DNA of 34,730 nt from Pseudomonadota bacterium (GTDB lineage Bacteria; Bdellovibrionota_B; Oligoflexia; Oligoflexales; RGVZ01). Numbering within the stretch: the stretch's first letter is position 1; every line of letters starts with the position of its first letter. This document shows, piece after piece, positions 29,719 through 34,730 of the stretch. The stretch spans positions 1-34,730 of the forward strand of contig JBEGVZ010000124.1 in NCBI GenBank assembly GCA_041178085.1. Direction: 5' to 3'. The translations under genes and the position numbers were made by a program. A model generated the notes under the pieces. The model did no database searches, had not been told where the DNA came from, and was given only the letters and a program-made list of their open reading frames with translations.

Positions 29719-31167
29719 ATGAACAACGAACAACCATACAGCTACCGCGAGCAGATCCTGTGGGTCCTTTTGATCGAGGCCATGATCATCACAGGCCTGA
29801 TCCTGATTGCGACATTTTTCTGGACCTCCGTCTGCACGGACAGCCTGAAGTCATGCATCGCCGGCGGCGAGGATCTCGCGCCACTCACCTTCCTGCTGTT
29901 GTCCGTCCTGCGACCATTTGTTTTCACGCCGTTTGCCTTCATGGCGGTGATCGCCGGTCCTGCCTTCGGGACAACGCTGGGTACTGTCCTCACCATCATC
30001 GGTGGACTGGCATCGACGCTGATCATCGCAGCGATAGGCCGGGCTCTGGGTACGCGCCTTGCGACTCCCTGGCTGAACACAAACCTTCCGGACACATCGC
30101 GGCTCATCCGCCAGCAAGATTACAAGATTGCATTCTTCTTGCGGCTTATCCCGCTTGTTCCCTATGACCTCGCATCCTTCTTTTTCGGCGCCCTGGGATT
30201 CCGCTGGCGGCACATCATCTGGACAACTTTATTGGGATCGATCCCCGAAGTGGTCGTGTTCGCACGGATGGCCGGCCCCGAGACAACCTTTTACGGCGCC
30301 GCCTTCGATACCGTGGCCTTGATCGGCGTCGCGATCGTGCTTCCTTTGTTGATCGCAGAGTTCGTGGCGCGGCGCAGCGGCAAGGGCATGTGGCAGCAAT
30401 CCATTGCCGCCTACAAGGAACTTCTTGCCGAGGTCACGGCAAACAACGCCATTACCAAACGCACTACCCTGCATCCGGAGCGAATCCCGGTCGTCTTGCT
30501 TTATGGGTTCTTTTCGTCCCGCCGTGCCATGGGCGTCCTTGAACGGATGTTACACCAACGCGGTTACGACGTGATCTCTTTCAACCAAGGCGGGCTGCTC
30601 GGGACCTTTTTTACCAGCTCGATCCTTGAAGGGGCTGCTTTGATCGATGAAAAAATCCAACGTCAAGTCACCCGGCACGGCATCCGCCAGGTGCACATCG
30701 TCGCCCATTCAAAAGGCGGCCTGGTCGCCCTGTGGTGGTTGCTCAAGATGGGGGGCGACCGCATGTGCTCTAAAGTCATCACGCTGGGCACGCCGTTTGC
30801 GGGCAGCCGCCTGACTTACCTTGCGCTGGTGACGCCGCTAGGCTTGTTTTGGCGCGACATGTGGCAGATGCGCCCCGGATCGGCATTCCTGCGCCAGTTG
30901 CACAGGGCCACAGTGCCTGAAGAATGTGAAATCCATTGTTTCCACTCCGTGTCCGATGCGGTTTCAACAGGTAAAAGTGGGCTGTTTCAGCCAGTTCCTG
31001 CTTCGTCACGGGTCCACGACGTTGCTATGGATGACGTCAACCATTTCGGGTTCCTGTCCCAACCAAAAGTTGCTGACCGCATCGCTGAAATCCTTGGTGA
31101 CCCAAAGGCAGAGCCAGAAAAAAGTCCCGCTACCACAGATCAGGCGCCATCAGCTGCAACCGTTTGA
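29719..31167 (+). CDS. DedA/VTT (TVP38/TMEM64) membrane domain fused to an alpha/beta-hydrolase (lipase-like)
   Basis: AGPAFG, LRLIPLVPYD, TLLGSIP; then VVLLYGFF, VAHSKGG nucleophile elbow, ITLGTPFAGS, SDAV, NHFG. Confidence 0.85.
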   Translation: MNNEQPYSYREQILWVLLIEAMIITGLILIATFFWTSVCTDSLKSCIAGGEDLAPLTFLLLSVLRPFVFTPFAFMAVIAGPAFGTTLGTVLTIIGGLASTLIIAAIGRALGTRLATPWLNTNLPDTSRLIRQQDYKIAFFLRLIPLVPYDLASFFFGALGFRWRHIIWTTLLGSIPEVVVFARMAGPETTFYGAAFDTVALIGVAIVLPLLIAEFVARRSGKGMWQQSIAAYKELLAEVTANNAITKRTTLHPERIPVVLLYGFFSSRRAMGVLERMLHQRGYDVISFNQGGLLGTFFTSSILEGAALIDEKIQRQVTRHGIRQVHIVAHSKGGLVALWWLLKMGGDRMCSKVITLGTPFAGSRLTYLALVTPLGLFWRDMWQMRPGSAFLRQLHRATVPEECEIHCFHSVSDAVSTGKSGLFQPVPASSRVHDVAMDDVNHFGFLSQPKVADRIAEILGDPKAEPEKSPATTDQAPSAATV

Positions 31168-31212
31168 TCGACATTTGCACTGGGTATAACCTGCGTCTAA
31201 CGCAGGCCCTTG

Positions 31213-32754
31213 TCAGAGAGGCGGTTCATCCGCCAGCCCGGAATTCGGACCCTGTAAATATTGACGTACGGCGGTTGCCAGGGCTTCGTCCGCCAGGGGC
31301 CCATAAATCCAAAATGACTCATCAAGAACTCGCCACGCTGTCTTTGGCGCAGGCGCCAAAAGACGAAGTCCATGCTGTTCCGGATTATTAACCCGCCTCA
31401 TCGACAGGAATACAGGTCCGTTGACCTTACCCCAGGCCGGAAAATACGGAATGCTTGCGTCAATCACATCACCCATTCCAATCACTTGGCCATGAATGGT
31501 TTCAGCCTCCCGATCCCACCGACTGAAAGTCTGACGGCGGGCTAAATACGGCGACCAAAAAACAAATTTTTCAGGCAAGTAAGCAAGCACTGCCGCGCAA
31601 TTATGCGGCGGCCAGCAAATAATATCCCGCGACTGCATTTCCTTCAGATTAACGATTGAGGCAGCCGCCACCGCATCCGAAAAATTCTGCTTGGTCTCAA
31701 GACGCCAGACATCCGTGGTGACAGGAATATTCCAGGCAAAGAGCATCCACAACAACACAGGCGCCACGGCACTTCGATTGAACAAGAAACTGCGGGAATT
31801 TTTTTGGACCACTCTGGACGCGGAGATCCAAAGAACGAAACAAAGCCAGATAAAAATCAAGCCGGAATGCCGCGGGGCACCTTGATAATATTTAAAGCAA
31901 AAAATCGCCTCCAACGCACCCGCGCCGGCCAGGAAAAACAAAACAGCCCGACGGGGATTCGACAAACTGCCGACCAGCAAACCATACAACACAAGTGCCA
32001 CCAGCAAATACGGCAACGCCGCCACTTCGAAGGGAAATAAGCTGTTGGCGATGGAGTCACGAAAGTTTTCAGGCTGGAATCTTTCCCAGAAAGAACCACC
32101 GGATAACTGACCCTCACCCGTCGGCCAAAGAACAACAACTGCAAGCAGAAAAAATACGAAAAAAGGGATTTCAGTTTTGGCGAATTGTCTTAGATCACAT
32201 TTTTTTTGCCGGACGTGGCTACATTGATCTAGAAAACGAAAACAAAACAGCACCAGAGCCATGGTTAAAAAATGCACCGTGCTCCAACATAGCAATAATT
32301 GCGCAAGGGCGTGCCACAGCCAGCCACGGGCCCCTGGCCGTGACTGTGCATCGGCATACATGAAAAGCCCCAGGATACCCAGGCCGTAGTTGCGGGCAAT
32401 GACGGGGTATTCATAGGAAAGAAGAAACGAGAACAACACCGGAATCAGCGTCAGCAGGGGTATTCCGGAACGGAATAGCAGCAGCCATCCCGCACCCCAA
32501 ACCGCAGCCAGATTGATTCCCTGCATGGCACGCCAATCCAGACCCACGGCCACCGCGCCTTTGAGCAAAAGGTACCAGAGGGGCGGCTGGCCTTTGTTGG
32601 GAAGGATCGAAAACATCTCCAGGAAAGACGCGTCGCGAGCGAGCAGCCATGAATCCACTTCGTCGCGCCAAATCTCGTGATGGGCCGTCAGCCACAGCGT
32701 CAACCCCGCCCAGAGGACGAAGGCGCAACTGCGAAGAATGCGGTTGGAATCCAT
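31213..32754 (-). CDS. Polytopic membrane protein, probable GT-C-fold glycosyltransferase
   Basis: HEIWRDE.DSW.LAR loop after TM1, GQPPLWY, YEY.VIARNY; about 10 TM segments plus periplasmic tail. Confidence 0.65.
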   Translation of the reverse strand: MDSNRILRSCAFVLWAGLTLWLTAHHEIWRDEVDSWLLARDASFLEMFSILPNKGQPPLWYLLLKGAVAVGLDWRAMQGINLAAVWGAGWLLLFRSGIPLLTLIPVLFSFLLSYEYPVIARNYGLGILGLFMYADAQSRPGARGWLWHALAQLLLCWSTVHFLTMALVLFCFRFLDQCSHVRQKKCDLRQFAKTEIPFFVFFLLAVVVLWPTGEGQLSGGSFWERFQPENFRDSIANSLFPFEVAALPYLLVALVLYGLLVGSLSNPRRAVLFFLAGAGALEAIFCFKYYQGAPRHSGLIFIWLCFVLWISASRVVQKNSRSFLFNRSAVAPVLLWMLFAWNIPVTTDVWRLETKQNFSDAVAAASIVNLKEMQSRDIICWPPHNCAAVLAYLPEKFVFWSPYLARRQTFSRWDREAETIHGQVIGMGDVIDASIPYFPAWGKVNGPVFLSMRRVNNPEQHGLRLLAPAPKTAWRVLDESFWIYGPLADEALATAVRQYLQGPNSGLADEPPL

Positions 32755-32849
32755 TCCAATACAACCTCCACTGATTCCCCCAACAAGCTGGAGCTAAAGA
32801 CGTAGATCAACCCCACGACAGCCGTTGCGGGCAACTCCCGCACGATGCC

Positions 32850-33356
32850 TCACAGATCCCGGTAGTTAATTGCCCCCAGGTAGTCCATCTTGCCGATCTC
32901 GACGCCGTTGTGCCGCAGGATCGCGTAGGCTGTGGTGACGTGAAAGTAAAAATTCGGGATGACATGCTGGACCAGATATTCATCCCCAGGGAGGTATTTA
33001 CCTTCGCGCCTCGGGTTCAGCGTCTTCCGCGCAGTCCAGCCATCAAAATTTTCCGGCTTTATCGTCGCAAGGAAATCCACCGTTTTCTGGATCCGCCCGC
33101 GCAAATCGCTCAACGTCGCCTCGTTATCTTCGAACTTCGGGGCGTCAAGTCCTGTCAAGCGCGTCGCACCAAATTTAACCGTATCCGAGGTGATCTGAAT
33201 TTGGCGTATGAAGTTGAACTGATCGGGAGCCAGGCGGGCATTGAGCATGTTTGCTACATCGAACTTTCGATCAACGGCGAACTTCTCGGCCTTGTCCAAG
33301 ATCGACGCCAAGTTCAAAAGCATTTTGGAAAATTGAGCGAATGTTTCAACGATCAC
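32850..33356 (-). CDS. DUF1993 family (DinB-like) protein
   Basis: ARLAPD.F, QIQI.SD, D.E.T, PNFYFHVTTAYAILRHNGVEIGK.DY; GTG start with AGGAG RBS. Confidence 0.9.
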   Translation of the reverse strand: MIVETFAQFSKMLLNLASILDKAEKFAVDRKFDVANMLNARLAPDQFNFIRQIQITSDTVKFGATRLTGLDAPKFEDNEATLSDLRGRIQKTVDFLATIKPENFDGWTARKTLNPRREGKYLPGDEYLVQHVIPNFYFHVTTAYAILRHNGVEIGKMDYLGAINYRDL

Positions 33357-33505
33357 TGCTGGAGTCTCCTGGCGGTTGGAAAAATTAAATTTTCGACAAT
33401 CCATGCTACACCCGAGAACACAAAATGGTTTAATCATTTTGTAAACTTGAGTTTGTCGCACAAGTATCCGAAAGTGAATGGATAAAAATCGTCCGAGAAA
33501 ATGCC

Positions 33506-33719
33506 GTGAAATTTGACTTTTATTCGATACTCGTCAGCCTGTTTTTTTTCAGCCATCGGCTACATCTATTTTTCATACGGAAAAAAGATGCAGAAAGCTA
33601 ATCTGGTCTTCTGTGGTGTGGCTTTGATGATTTACCCGTATTTTTGCGACACAGTTGGGCTAACACTGGTAATTGGGGCGGTATTGAGCATCGTACCGTT
33701 CATGCTGCGTTGGTGGTGA
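33506..33719 (+). pseudogene. Small membrane protein with an apparent +1 frameshift in a T8 tract
   Basis: GTG 33506 frame reads MKFDFYSILVSLFF; next frame reads FFSAIGYIYFSYGKK..ALMIYPYF; deleting one T at 33542-33549 joins them. Confidence 0.6.
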
Positions 33720-33770
33720 TTCACGTCACACCCAATGCAAAGACTTCCTTATGAAGCACTTGAAAAGCAC

Positions 33771-33973
33771 TGACCTTCCCCCTGATTTCGTCCACTTACG
33801 GTTTTAAGTCCTCCGCATTCATGCTGCCTTTTCGCCAGCTTCAAAGCGTTTCAGGACCCTGATGATCTGTTCTTCCGTGTGCTTGATGCGCTTCATGGAA
33901 TCTCCCGTGGTGCGCGGTTATTGCCACGCGGAGACTTAAATCGCAACTGGACTTGTTTACGGGGGGAAGGTCA
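33771..33973 (-). mobile_element. 203-bp internally deleted IS3-family (IS407-like) mini-element
   Basis: Terminal IRs TGACCTTCCCCC..GTCCA..TTTAAGTC at both ends (TG...CA); internal minus-strand ORF 33819-33896 MKRIKHTEEQIIRVLKRFEAGEKAA resembles an OrfA N-terminus. Confidence 0.85.
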
Positions 33974-34508
33974 GATCGGCGGAACCAAAGTTGCGGGACA
34001 AACTTTCATTGCACACTTGACCACGGAGGAGCGCACAAGCTTCGATGAGATCCAGGAAAAAATTCGCAGCTCATACGCCGAAGCAGTAAAGTCAGGCCAA
34101 ATCAAGGAAGGCTACAAATGGGTCAGTAACTGGTGGCAAGGTATGAACGAAATTTGCGAGGCCGCAATCGGAACCAGCCCTGGCGCCTCAACGGGTTACA
34201 AATGCATCGACAAAAAAGGAGCGATCGTATCGCGGATGCAGGATGTTTGTTTGAAAGCACAATGGTGCCTGCCGAGAAACTTCCGAATTGTTCAAGTCAC
34301 CTACAATAAAGGATCGCTCGGCGAACATCACTTCCTGGCAATATTCGTAGAACGCCACAATGGTCTTTATTACCTCGGAAACATAGATCCCTGGGGGAAT
34401 CCAAACGATCCCACCGTCATGCACGGCAAATATAACGTCCTGCAACAAGATTACGAAGAATACTACGAGTGCATGCCCGGCCAAATTCCCCGCTGCGCGG
34501 GCAATTGA
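33974..34508 (+). pseudogene. Papain/transglutaminase-like (Cys-His-Asp) domain ORF, 5' end interrupted by the mini-IS
   Basis: GYKC, EHHFLAI, IDPW spaced like a catalytic triad; first 31 codons of the ORF-track call lie inside the IS. Confidence 0.5.
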
Positions 34509-34610
34509 CCCGAGAAACCGAAACCTTTCAGGCTGCTCCTTGGGGAACAGGCTGAAATCAACCGAGCAGTATTTGGATGTGGCTCGTCCAGTTCAGTTAG
34601 GGCTAGCTAC

Positions 34611-34730
34611 TGTGAGGATCCCCTGTTTGTAAACCACTAAGCTGCATATTTCTCCCGCCATTCAGCCGGTGACACCATGCCGAGCGACCGATGGGGGCGC
34701 GTTGTGTTGTAGCTTTCGATAAACGCATCG
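34611..34730 (-). mobile_element. Right end of an IS3/IS481-type insertion sequence (continues beyond window)
   Basis: Minus-strand 34729-34637 encodes DAFIESYNTTRPHRSLGMVSPAEWREKYAA*, a typical integrase-core C-terminus; followed by probable IR ending ...GGGGATCCTCACA. Confidence 0.85.

Overview
Mostly core chromosomal DNA from a GC-rich Gram-negative bacterium. Gene content and order (romR-like–nadC–birA/coaX, short RdgC, efp-accB-accC, System I ccmF/ccmH, 'CKSR' lipoprotein) suggest Bdellovibrionota/Oligoflexia or a related deltaproteobacterial lineage; this is inference. Housekeeping genes: hldE, gap, ltaE, tRNA-Cys, ccmF/ccmH, hemF, mtaB, birA-coaX, nadC, accC, accB, efp, yebC. Less ordinary items: (i) two outer-membrane beta-barrels and an EF-hand lipoprotein flanking a candidate structured sRNA with its own minus-strand terminator; (ii) a lipoprotein with polymorphic-toxin-like architecture (pre-toxin-TG-like segment plus C-terminal ParB/Srx-fold domain) and no co-directional immunity gene; (iii) a DedA/VTT–lipase fusion divergent from an NlpC/P60 enzyme carrying a 2x CxxCxxC insert; (iv) a disturbed right end containing a poly-T frameshifted small membrane gene, a 203-bp IS3-derived mini-element, an apparently decapitated papain-like (Cys-His-Asp) ORF and the end of a second IS. 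All calls come from motif reading only; no searches were run.
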